Source: Spirochaetota bacterium (GTDB taxonomy: Bacteria > Spirochaetota > UBA4802 > JAFGJZ01). Taken from it: 64,000 bases of DNA. Both the position numbers and the translations under genes were made by a program. This document shows positions 38,351 to 47,078 of this stretch, one piece after another; the stretch's first letter is position 1, and each line of letters begins with the position of its first letter. The notes under the pieces were generated by a model that saw nothing but the letters and a program-made list of their open reading frames with translations, was not told where the DNA came from and ran no database searches. The stretch lies in contig DAOPBR010000010.1 of assembly GCA_035395685.1 (NCBI GenBank), forward strand, positions 4 to 64,003, written 5' to 3'.

Positions 38351-39501
38351 CAAATGTAATCCTTTATAATTCTGATTTTTCTTAAAAGCCAAATATCGAA
38401 ATAACATGTTACTGCCGTAACCGTTGAAGCAAATAAAAATTTAAATAATGGATCAAAACCGGTTTTCATAAGCGCCATCTGGATTCCGACCAAAGGTATC
38501 ACATGAAGAATATAAACTCCGTAAGAGTTCAAGCTTAAATATTTCCATATTTTAGAATCAGAATTTATCTTACGCTTAAAAATATATATTAATCCGATCC
38601 CGAAAAAAACTGCTAGTAAGTTTTCCCATATAGGATGCCAGAAAGCTCCAAAAATATTAAGTATCGTATAACGGAACACTCCGAAACCGGCAATATTAAA
38701 ACTAAAATTAAACACATAACTTAGAGAAAATAGCGCAAAACCTATAACAGAACATGCAAAGAACGTTTTATCGCTTATTCTTTCAAATATTTGCTTTTTC
38801 GAGAATACAACTCCTGCAACAAAAAATGACAGATATTGAACAATATGAGCAGGTTCAACTCTAACGGCATGAAGAAACACTATCCACATATTAATCTGAA
38901 AATATATTCTTACGAAAAACGTCACCGCCGAAATCAATCCGATAAAAAGCATCGCACCAACAAAAAACTTTCTTGCCGGTATTCTCTTCTTGGGGATTAC
39001 CCATTGTATTTTCGAATTATTTTTACGAGAAACAATCATTTCATAAAACAGATATGCAATACTGTAAATAAAAAGATGCAAGACAAACCACAAATGTCCG
39101 GTAAATGACTGAATTCCGTCGCTTGTTATAAGATATGAGGCATAAGAACTGATATTATCAAAACTGCCGAATGCGTAATTTATAGGAATGAAGACAAATA
39201 GCGCAAACACGCAAAACGGAATAAGCAGACGCCTTATTTTTGAAAATAAAAATGGTTTTGGTCCGTATTTTTTATATGCTCCGGGAATTACAAATCCGGA
39301 AATAAAAAAAAGCAGCCCCATGAAAAATGCTGCATTCACTGTTGAAAATATTTCTATTCCGTTTATCAGTGAAGAAGCATCCCGCACAGGCCAGGCTTCA
39401 CTTCCAGATGTATATGCCTCAGCCGAATGATGAAATATTACGAGAAGAACCAGCATTGCCCGTAAATTATCAAGGTAGTATTCTCTTTTAAAAAGTTTCA
39501 T
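38350..39501 (-). CDS. Acyltransferase family 3 membrane O-acyltransferase
   Basis: Motif YLDNLRAMLVLLVIFHHS. About 10 TM segments. GGAGG RBS. Confidence 0.8.
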   Translation of the reverse strand: MKLFKREYYLDNLRAMLVLLVIFHHSAEAYTSGSEAWPVRDASSLINGIEIFSTVNAAFFMGLLFFISGFVIPGAYKKYGPKPFLFSKIRRLLIPFCVFALFVFIPINYAFGSFDNISSYASYLITSDGIQSFTGHLWFVLHLFIYSIAYLFYEMIVSRKNNSKIQWVIPKKRIPARKFFVGAMLFIGLISAVTFFVRIYFQINMWIVFLHAVRVEPAHIVQYLSFFVAGVVFSKKQIFERISDKTFFACSVIGFALFSLSYVFNFSFNIAGFGVFRYTILNIFGAFWHPIWENLLAVFFGIGLIYIFKRKINSDSKIWKYLSLNSYGVYILHVIPLVGIQMALMKTGFDPLFKFLFASTVTAVTCYFDIWLLRKIRIIKDYI

Positions 39502-39574
39502 TTATCCTCCTATTTATCAGGAAAAATATCATACAAACTTTCTAAAATCGACCGCGTTTATAAACACGGACTTT

Positions 39575-40699
39575 TTAAATGAGTTTATTTATACTAAGTT
39601 TTATTTGTTTTTTACGGTACTCAGTCGGAGTTACGCCTGTCTCTTCTATAAATGCCTTATAAAATGCCGTCTTGGAATTAAAACCTGATGAAAATGCGAT
39701 ATTCAGAATGTTTCTATTTCTGCCGGATTCTATAAGAAAAAGAGCTTCGCGGATTCTATACCCGTTAACATAAGATTTAAAGCTTTTGCCTATCTTAACA
39801 TTTAAGAATTCAGAAAGCTGATGTGAAGTGACATTGAGATTATCCGCAAGACGTTTAAGAGTAAGATCTTCGTCGCAAAATATTTTTTCATCCTGCATAA
39901 TTGATTCGAGTTTATTCCCAAGATCTTCGAGATTTACCGAAGAAAGATGCGATTTGGAATACTGAGCCTTGGCAATTTCCTTTCCGGCAGCAACAAAAAC
40001 ATAAACATCAAAAGCGGGAACATAAATCATAATAAGCAAAACCGATACAATCAGAAAGAGTACAGCATCCTCAACAAACTTTGCTCCGTAATACCAAAAA
40101 ACAGGAAGAAAACATATTACAGCAAATATCATAATCAATATTTTAGAAAAATTAACAAGAATCCTATTGAGACTGCTGGTATAATATTTACGGCATCTGA
40201 AAACTTCAATACTGATATAGGCAAAATATACCGCCATATGAATAAATGAAATAATTTCAGATAACTTAACAAGTGTGTTAAAATCAATGAAGTATTTTAA
40301 AAAAAAAGGATTATAATACATCGCAAATAATATCAAAATGAATATTATGATAAAAGGGATAAAATGAAAAAAACTTGAAAGCAGATTTGATTTTTTTGAA
40401 GTGATATTTTTATAAAAAAGAAAATTTAAAGGTCCGATTACATACTTTAAATTCTTTGAAAACAGACTAAATACGGTTATAAAATTCAACTCAGAAAAAT
40501 TCGCAGGAATATTCATATAACTTGAAAGGTAGTGTTCAAAAAAAAGAAATGCGGAAACTATAAAAATACTTCCGCAAAAATATATCCCGCTGTTTCGCGG
40601 ATTCGAAAATATCAGTTTCAATCCGTAAAAAAAACAAGCAAGCGAACCGGAAAAGAAAAACAGCCCGAGAAAATGATTAAAATACACCAATCCTTTCAT
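39575..40699 (-). CDS. AraC-family regulator with a polytopic (about 6-7 TM) N-terminal sensor domain
   Basis: Hydrophobic N-terminal 240 aa. C-terminal segment LKRLADNLNVTSHQLSEFLN...IAFSSGFNSKTAFYKAF. Confidence 0.75.
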   Translation of the reverse strand: MKGLVYFNHFLGLFFFSGSLACFFYGLKLIFSNPRNSGIYFCGSIFIVSAFLFFEHYLSSYMNIPANFSELNFITVFSLFSKNLKYVIGPLNFLFYKNITSKKSNLLSSFFHFIPFIIIFILILFAMYYNPFFLKYFIDFNTLVKLSEIISFIHMAVYFAYISIEVFRCRKYYTSSLNRILVNFSKILIMIFAVICFLPVFWYYGAKFVEDAVLFLIVSVLLIMIYVPAFDVYVFVAAGKEIAKAQYSKSHLSSVNLEDLGNKLESIMQDEKIFCDEDLTLKRLADNLNVTSHQLSEFLNVKIGKSFKSYVNGYRIREALFLIESGRNRNILNIAFSSGFNSKTAFYKAFIEETGVTPTEYRKKQIKLSINKLI

Positions 40700-40724
40700 A
40701 TTCTATTCCAATATCAGCACATGC

Positions 40725-43304
40725 TTACTTGAGAGCGTTAACAAAATGTTCAATCTTATCTTTTAGATTTTTTACAGAAGCTTTTTTCATTATTTTATAA
40801 TAAGAACCTTTTTTATCATCCTGAAATTCTTTTATAAAACCGTATTCCGAAAGCTTTTTCAGGGAATTATTATAATTCGGCTGTGACAGAGATTCCGGTG
40901 CACGCGTTTTTTCCGTATGATAAAGAGAAATTCCGTATTTTCTGACAGCCGTCATGATATCCTTTGAACTAATTGCGTCGGATGGAATATCGGCAACCGC
41001 ACCGCAAGAAGCAAAATATGATTCAAGAACATCCTGAATTCCGCGTGCAAAAAACACGATATCCTGAATACTTTCCTCTGATATCACAAAACCGCCGTCT
41101 TTCGCTTTAATGAAATTTTTGGGAATGAGAAAACCTTCGATGATGCCGTTTATCTTTTCCGAAATCTCATCAAAGCCGTATCTGATAAGGTATTCCTTTG
41201 ATATAAGATTCTTTAAAAAATCAATCTTAACTTCAATATCCTCTACTGTAATAATCTGAAGTTTGTTCTTCAGCACAAGAAGCGAGGCGCATATCATTGA
41301 AATATCCAGCGAAAAATGAGCAATGCTGTTTTTATAAAAAGACAAGGCGGTTCGGGCTTCGGTTTTAATTACAAAAAAATCTTCGGAAGATTCTCGCTCA
41401 TCATAGCGAAGTTTATCTATGAATTTTTCTTTTACAAACAAATTAACAGCATACTCAAATATTTCATTTATATTTTTTTTGTCGCGGGTCGTATCCGAAA
41501 AAAATGCCCCGGTAAAAGCAAGATATTCATGGAACAAAAATACATTGCGTAGAAGATCCTTTCGGGTAAATCCGCGTATAGCCATCATAAGCATAGGCGC
41601 GGTAACTAATGCAACCGGAGTCACCGACGTCACGGAATATATTCCGCTGATAATTCTATAGCCGATTTCTTCGACACGCTGATCATCTTTAAAACCTGCT
41701 GACTCCACCTCTTTAAGCGTAAAAGCCTCTGCAACACTTACATATACTTTTCCATGATCTTTCGAAAGAATTGAACCGCCCTTGATTACACTTCCGACTG
41801 ATTCTCTCTTTTTCGTCTTGCCGCGCAGTTCCTTTATATATGAAGATTCTTCGGGAACCCTGTCGTAGTTGATTGATATCGGAAGAAATATCAGATCCTT
41901 ATTATAGTTTTCATCAATCGCTTCAACGAGATAATTGATGATTCCCATTTTAGGGAAAACAAGTCTGCCGGTTCTTGTTCTTCCGCCTTCAACAAAAAAT
42001 TCAAGAAGATAAGAATCTGCAACAAGAGTCTTGAGATACTGCTTAAATACCGAAGTATAGAGTTTTTTGCCTTTGAACGTTCGTCTGATAAAAAATGCGC
42101 CGGAGTGCCTGAAAATCGTCCCCATAGGGAAAAATGAAAGATTAACTCCTGCTGCTATATGAGGAAGCGTAATCTTGTTCTTGTAGCAGATGTATGAAAG
42201 AATCATATAATCCATGTGACTCTTATGACACGGCGTCAGAACAAGCGGGCCTCTCTCTGCGGCTTCTTTAAGACGGGCAATGGATTCGGCATCGCACACA
42301 ATGCCCGAAAATATTTTTTTGAAAATCAGATCGATTGTGCGCTCAAAAATCTTAATATAAACTATTGAAAAATCAGCAGCTATCTCGCTGAAATATTTAA
42401 AAGCCCTGCCCTTGAGACGGCGAAGTGGAATATTATCCTCTCTGGAAACTTCTTCGGCCGTTTTGATTACGTTTTCATGATACAGAACTTTTTCAGCAAT
42501 TTCATTTCTGCTTCGCAGAACGGGGCCTAGAACTATTCTTTTATGTTTCTGCATGTATTCAAGAATATTCTGCCTGATCATTTTAGCGCATTTCTCGTCT
42601 GAAAATTCTTTGAACTTTTCAAGTTCTTCGGCAAGAGAAACCGGCTTCAAAAATTTAATATAGGAAGGAGTTGCCTGCGAAACAAGATTGAGAAAAAAGA
42701 AACGGTTGCCTGTTGCCGGAGGTGTCGGAACAAACTGATTTGTACGCTCGGGATTTCTGTTCCAGAAAATGATTTCAGGCATAATAAATATAGGAAAAGG
42801 AAGTGAGCGCTGAAGACGTATCAGATAAAGGATGGTATCATATTTGGATTCGACATAACGTTTAAGGAAAAATTTCCTCGAAAGCATTGAAAACAATACT
42901 CCCCTTTTTTCAAGGAGAAGATTTTTGATATAGTCAGTTTCATAAACATTCGGATATTTTCTGCGGAAAAGAGTACGTTTTACCCACATCATTATTCTTC
43001 CGAAAATATAGGAAAACGACTGCAGTACTATGGGATTATATTCGAGAGCAAAATCAAGATTTTTAACTCCGGCTTTAGAGAGCACGGATTGAATCATAAG
43101 CAGAGCAAAATTTGAACTTTCATGAGACGCGATGACTACAGCGCCTTTTTCACTATATTCATTCAGCAGAGAAACAGCATCTTCGTCAAGTTCCGCACGT
43201 GAAAAGAGAATTTTTGCCAGTTTCCAGCGCAATCCGCTTAATTCAGGCTGAAGCCTTCCCTGAAAACGGAAATCTGAATCTCTTTTCTTTCCAATTTCTT
43301 TCAT
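40725..43304 (-). CDS. plsB: Glycerol-3-phosphate acyltransferase, PlsB type
   Basis: About 860 aa. H(X)4D box TPCHKSHMDYMILSY. Motifs FFVEGGRTRTG and ISINYD. Start at ATG 43304 (GGAG RBS) rather than the TTG at 43307. Confidence 0.8.
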   Translation of the reverse strand: MKEIGKKRDSDFRFQGRLQPELSGLRWKLAKILFSRAELDEDAVSLLNEYSEKGAVVIASHESSNFALLMIQSVLSKAGVKNLDFALEYNPIVLQSFSYIFGRIMMWVKRTLFRRKYPNVYETDYIKNLLLEKRGVLFSMLSRKFFLKRYVESKYDTILYLIRLQRSLPFPIFIMPEIIFWNRNPERTNQFVPTPPATGNRFFFLNLVSQATPSYIKFLKPVSLAEELEKFKEFSDEKCAKMIRQNILEYMQKHKRIVLGPVLRSRNEIAEKVLYHENVIKTAEEVSREDNIPLRRLKGRAFKYFSEIAADFSIVYIKIFERTIDLIFKKIFSGIVCDAESIARLKEAAERGPLVLTPCHKSHMDYMILSYICYKNKITLPHIAAGVNLSFFPMGTIFRHSGAFFIRRTFKGKKLYTSVFKQYLKTLVADSYLLEFFVEGGRTRTGRLVFPKMGIINYLVEAIDENYNKDLIFLPISINYDRVPEESSYIKELRGKTKKRESVGSVIKGGSILSKDHGKVYVSVAEAFTLKEVESAGFKDDQRVEEIGYRIISGIYSVTSVTPVALVTAPMLMMAIRGFTRKDLLRNVFLFHEYLAFTGAFFSDTTRDKKNINEIFEYAVNLFVKEKFIDKLRYDERESSEDFFVIKTEARTALSFYKNSIAHFSLDISMICASLLVLKNKLQIITVEDIEVKIDFLKNLISKEYLIRYGFDEISEKINGIIEGFLIPKNFIKAKDGGFVISEESIQDIVFFARGIQDVLESYFASCGAVADIPSDAISSKDIMTAVRKYGISLYHTEKTRAPESLSQPNYNNSLKKLSEYGFIKEFQDDKKGSYYKIMKKASVKNLKDKIEHFVNALK

Positions 43305-43396
43305 CAAAACACTCCGTCAAAGATTCAGTCATATTGAATGGATATGTCGATTTTAAATTGAATATCGGCAAGTACTTTTTTTTGAACTTTTTTCAT

Positions 43397-43427
43397 AAAG
43401 AAAGGCGGTCACTGACCGCCTTTCTTT
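43397..43427 (-). terminator. Terminator hairpin after the channel gene
   Basis: 14-bp stem AAAGAAAGGCGGTC / GACCGCCTTTCTTT with a 3-nt loop. Confidence 0.7.
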
Positions 43428-43431
43428 AATA

Positions 43432-45381
43432 TCATGACTCATCTTCAGCGAGAGTTATTAGCCAGTCATTTTTTGTTATTGTGAACTTCTGGCTTTTCTC
43501 AGGATTCACATATATTCCGTAGTTCTTGGATGCATCATCTTCTTCTTTTGCGAGTCTTACACCGAAACATGTTTCATTGCGCATGATCGCAGCTTCGCAA
43601 ATTTCCGCAAAAGAAATTTCAACCGGAAAGCTTGAAAAGAAATAATCAGCCGGTTTAATATAGACTTCACTTCCTTCGGCTTTAAATAGATCATCATAGA
43701 TATCATAAACTGCCGGTTCTTCAGAAATCTGAGCGTAAATCTTCGAAATGAACTGATTCGAAATGAGGAAGTCCTTAACTCCGACTTCTTTTATGAGATC
43801 GATATTGTCGGAATCCGCAACTTCAGTTATCAATTGAGTTTTGATATCTTTTTTCGCAAGATTCTTAAAATAATGTCTGAAACCGAGAAGCTGGGCAATA
43901 GTCTCCGAATCTCTTACTTCCGCATCGCCGCCGTCACCTGACAGCAAGATCACGTTATCATAATTCTCGGGACGGAGATTTTCGATAACCTTAGAATCAT
44001 GAATATCTGCCTCGATAAGATTCATTTTTATAGAAGAATGTTTCTCCTTAACTGCATCAAATTCCGATTTGATTTCATCAGAAATTTCCTCTACAACAAC
44101 ATCTATCATAGAACCTTCAACAAGATAATTGCTGTATTCGTCTATGATAATCGGAGTCTTGATACTCCATCCGACAATCAGCTGATTCTCAATATTCTTT
44201 TTCTGGGAAGCGGCAGGTTTCGCATCAACTGCAGGAACCTCGACCTTTTTCTTGAGATACTTGATAGTTGAATCGTCTTCGGCCACAAGTATTGCTTCAT
44301 CGCCTTCTTCGAGGACAGTAGAAGGAAGCGGATTCAGGCATACCGTACCGTCTTTTTTGCGGATACCGAGAACAGAACATACACTGAAATGAAAAATCAG
44401 ATCACGATATGTTATACCGGAAAAGCCGCCTTCAGGCTGATAAAAATAGAATTCGCATCCGTCAAATCCTACAAGATTATCATAAACCTGCGCAAGACCG
44501 GAGATTCTTGATGTCTGAACCATCAGTTTTGCCAACAAAGAATGCTCATCTATAATCGTTACATTCGGAGATATATTTTTTGCAAGAGCGCGTTTTGACT
44601 CTAAGTGAATTTCTGCGGCAATAGGAGGAATATTGTCTTCACCTGTACATGCAACAACTGCCATGATCGTTTTAAGAACACGTGAATCTGCAAGTTCTTT
44701 TGAATGACTGTCGTCATCGACCTGAGCGTCGTTAAGAATAATGACCGACTTGGCATACTTAACAGCCATTCTGTCAAGAGTGCTGATGCTTGAAGTCGAT
44801 CCCGAACGTGTTACAAGCTTTGTAGTTTTTCTATCGGTTAAACGCTCACGGAAAAAATCATCCATTTCGTCCTTTTCTCTTGCAGAGAGAACCGCAACAG
44901 TAGCCGAACGCTCGGATTCATTGGCAATAACAAGCTCCCTGATTATTTCAAGAACTCTGTCGCCGAAACCTAAAATCAGAGTATGATTTTTTTCGATTAT
45001 GGAGCTTTTCCCTTTTTTGAGCTCGTCAAGCTTAGCTTCAAACTGACTTGTAATAAAAGCTACCAAACTCGAGAACAAGATCAATCCGACGAATATTGTA
45101 AGAACACCGACTCCCTTGTTGAAAACACCGTAATCAGTATCTTCACCGAGACATCCGGCATCTGCAATCTGAAGAAATGAACGCCATGCCTGCGCCCAGA
45201 ATGAATCAAAACCGTTGTCAGGCGAAAGCGAGTTTACAAGAAATCTGACTGCTGCCATGAGAAGAAACGACAAAAAGAAAACCAGCATAAGTGCGGAAAA
45301 AACCGAAAGACCGCCTTTTGACATAAAATTGTCAAATCTGTATTTCAGCTTCGCGAATAATCCTCTTCGGGACGCGCTCAT
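43432..45381 (-). CDS. CASTOR/POLLUX-like ion channel with tandem RCK/TrkA-N-like domains
   Basis: TM helices plus a pore loop, FLQIADAGCLGED (an ADAG-type filter as in plant POLLUX/DMI1). GFGDRVLEIIREL Rossmann start, and a second RCK-like half. Confidence 0.7.
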   Translation of the reverse strand: MSASRRGLFAKLKYRFDNFMSKGGLSVFSALMLVFFLSFLLMAAVRFLVNSLSPDNGFDSFWAQAWRSFLQIADAGCLGEDTDYGVFNKGVGVLTIFVGLILFSSLVAFITSQFEAKLDELKKGKSSIIEKNHTLILGFGDRVLEIIRELVIANESERSATVAVLSAREKDEMDDFFRERLTDRKTTKLVTRSGSTSSISTLDRMAVKYAKSVIILNDAQVDDDSHSKELADSRVLKTIMAVVACTGEDNIPPIAAEIHLESKRALAKNISPNVTIIDEHSLLAKLMVQTSRISGLAQVYDNLVGFDGCEFYFYQPEGGFSGITYRDLIFHFSVCSVLGIRKKDGTVCLNPLPSTVLEEGDEAILVAEDDSTIKYLKKKVEVPAVDAKPAASQKKNIENQLIVGWSIKTPIIIDEYSNYLVEGSMIDVVVEEISDEIKSEFDAVKEKHSSIKMNLIEADIHDSKVIENLRPENYDNVILLSGDGGDAEVRDSETIAQLLGFRHYFKNLAKKDIKTQLITEVADSDNIDLIKEVGVKDFLISNQFISKIYAQISEEPAVYDIYDDLFKAEGSEVYIKPADYFFSSFPVEISFAEICEAAIMRNETCFGVRLAKEEDDASKNYGIYVNPEKSQKFTITKNDWLITLAEDES

Positions 45382-45387
45382 AATTCA

Positions 45388-45425
45388 CCTCTAAAATTTA
45401 TTATAACGTTCTATTATTTTAGAGG
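45388..45425 (-). promoter_or_regulatory. SD-sequestering hairpin in the channel 5' UTR
   Basis: Minus-strand RNA: CCUCUAAAAU (45425-45416), 18-nt loop, AUUUUAGAGG (45397-45388), then UGAAUU-AUG. The 3' arm contains the AGAGGUGA Shine-Dalgarno. Confidence 0.5.
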
Positions 45426-45468
45426 CTAAAATTTTCAAGAACTTTTCAATTTATGTTAAATTAATCAT

Positions 45469-45497
45469 AAAGGGCAAAAACCTGATTTTTGCCCTTT
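45469..45497 (-). terminator. Terminator after the ferredoxin-like gene
   Basis: AAAGGGCAAAAA / TTTTTGCCCTTT stem. Confidence 0.7.
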
Positions 45498-45530
45498 ACA
45501 TAAACGATTTTCACTTTATTCAGGTAATTT

Positions 45531-46340
45531 TTAAAGAATTTCACCTTCCAGGGAAATCACATATTCCCTGATTGCCATGCTCCGTCCTGCTTTTTCAAGA
45601 GCCTTTTCAATATAATAGTTTATTCCTCCGCAGCACGGAACCTGCATGCGCACAGCTGTAATAGACTTAATATCATTGTTCTTTATTATAGAAGCAAGCT
45701 TATCAAGATATTCTTCCTGATACGGGTCAAGCTTCGGGCATAATATAACCAGAATTTTATCCTTAAGGAATCTGGAATGAAAATTGCTGTAAGCAAAAGG
45801 AACACAGTCGGCAGCGATGACAAGATCGGCATTTTTGAAAAAAGGCGCGTTCGGATTCAAAAGCTTAAGCTGAACCGGCCATTGTCTGAGCTCGGAAGAA
45901 GCTGAAACATTAACCTGAGAAGGAGCTTTTTCGCCGCGTCTGTCGCGCATCATTGATCCAGGACAGCATGGTTTTTCTTCATTTGAAAGATCAGGAACCG
46001 GAATATTGTGTTCATTCAGATATTCTACAGCCTCAGCAAGAAAATCATCCTGAGCATGGTCTTTAAGATGTTTCATGTGCGCTTTTATTACACCTGCACC
46101 CTGCTTTACAACGTTTTCCATTACAAGTTTTTCATTATATGCTTCAGCTTCTCTTTCTTCTATTTCTATGGCACCCTGCGGACACTGCTTGATGCATGCT
46201 CCCAAACCGTCGCAGAAAAGATCGCTCACAAGCGCCGCTTTTCCGTCAATCAGCTGAATCGCGCCTTCCGGGCAGTCCGGAACACATACGCCGCATCCGT
46301 TACATTTTTCCCTGTCGATTCTGATAATATTTCTTTTCAT
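45531..46340 (-). CDS. 2x[4Fe-4S] ferredoxin-domain protein with a Cys-containing C-terminal domain
   Basis: Motifs CNGCGVCVPDCP and CDGLGACIKQCP, plus C-terminal ...VPCCGG. GGAGGA RBS. Confidence 0.8.
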   Translation of the reverse strand: MKRNIIRIDREKCNGCGVCVPDCPEGAIQLIDGKAALVSDLFCDGLGACIKQCPQGAIEIEEREAEAYNEKLVMENVVKQGAGVIKAHMKHLKDHAQDDFLAEAVEYLNEHNIPVPDLSNEEKPCCPGSMMRDRRGEKAPSQVNVSASSELRQWPVQLKLLNPNAPFFKNADLVIAADCVPFAYSNFHSRFLKDKILVILCPKLDPYQEEYLDKLASIIKNNDIKSITAVRMQVPCCGGINYYIEKALEKAGRSMAIREYVISLEGEIL

Positions 46341-46364
46341 TTTTCCTCCGTATTCTGCTTGATT

Positions 46365-46384
46365 AAGTATAACCTGTTATAATT
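46365..46384. promoter_or_regulatory. Imperfect 20-bp palindrome in the divergent ferredoxin / Crp-Fnr intergenic region
   Basis: AAGTATAAC-CT-GTTATAATT (8/9 arm match; core TATAAC/GTTATA perfect). Confidence 0.4.
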
Positions 46385-46427
46385 AAATATACTACTCTTT
46401 CAAAAAACGTAATTGATTCAGGTCAAC

Positions 46428-47078
46428 ATGAGCATAGAAAACGAACTGAAAAAAACAGAATTATTTTCAAGCCTTTCCGGAATTTCCGCATCGCGTATCG
46501 CGGGCGCGTGCACCGTCAAAAAAGTCAAATCCGGTGAATATGTTTTTCATGAAGGCGACGAAGGCGATTTTTTTTATCTTATGAAAAGCGGAAAAGCCCG
46601 CGTATTCAAAAACAGCCGCGACGGGAAGGAAGTTACCGTAAAAATTATATCTCAGGACGAGATATTCGGCGAAGTGATAATCTTTGAAAGCCGCGCTTAT
46701 CCGGCGAGCTGTGTCGCTATTGAAGAGTGCGAAGTAATATCAATCAGAAAAGAAAATTTTCTTCTGCTTCTGCGCGAAAGCGATTTCTCGGCGGATTTTT
46801 TCGGAATTCTGATCAAAAAACTCAGATACCTGAATGAAAGAATTCTTTTTCTTTCGGCAATGGACGTCGAAGAAAGATTTTTCAGTTTCATTAAAGAAAA
46901 CTACGGCATAAAAGAACAATACGAAATTTCGATGAGCAAAAAAGACGCGGCTTCGGCAATAGGCACCATTCCCGAAACATTTTCGAGGATGCTCGCCCGC
47001 TTAAAAAAAGCGGGGCTTGCGAATTGGGATGACAATCTTGTAATAGATAAAAAAGCCTGGGAAATCTACGAAGTCTGA
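46428..47078 (+). CDS. Crp/Fnr-family transcription regulator
   Basis: cNMP-binding fold (GDEGDFFYLMKSGKARVF...FGEV). C-terminal HTH segment SKKDAASAIGTIPETFSRMLARLKK. ATG 46428 is preferred over the listed TTG at 46413. Confidence 0.85.
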   Translation: MSIENELKKTELFSSLSGISASRIAGACTVKKVKSGEYVFHEGDEGDFFYLMKSGKARVFKNSRDGKEVTVKIISQDEIFGEVIIFESRAYPASCVAIEECEVISIRKENFLLLLRESDFSADFFGILIKKLRYLNERILFLSAMDVEERFFSFIKENYGIKEQYEISMSKKDAASAIGTIPETFSRMLARLKKAGLANWDDNLVIDKKAWEIYEV

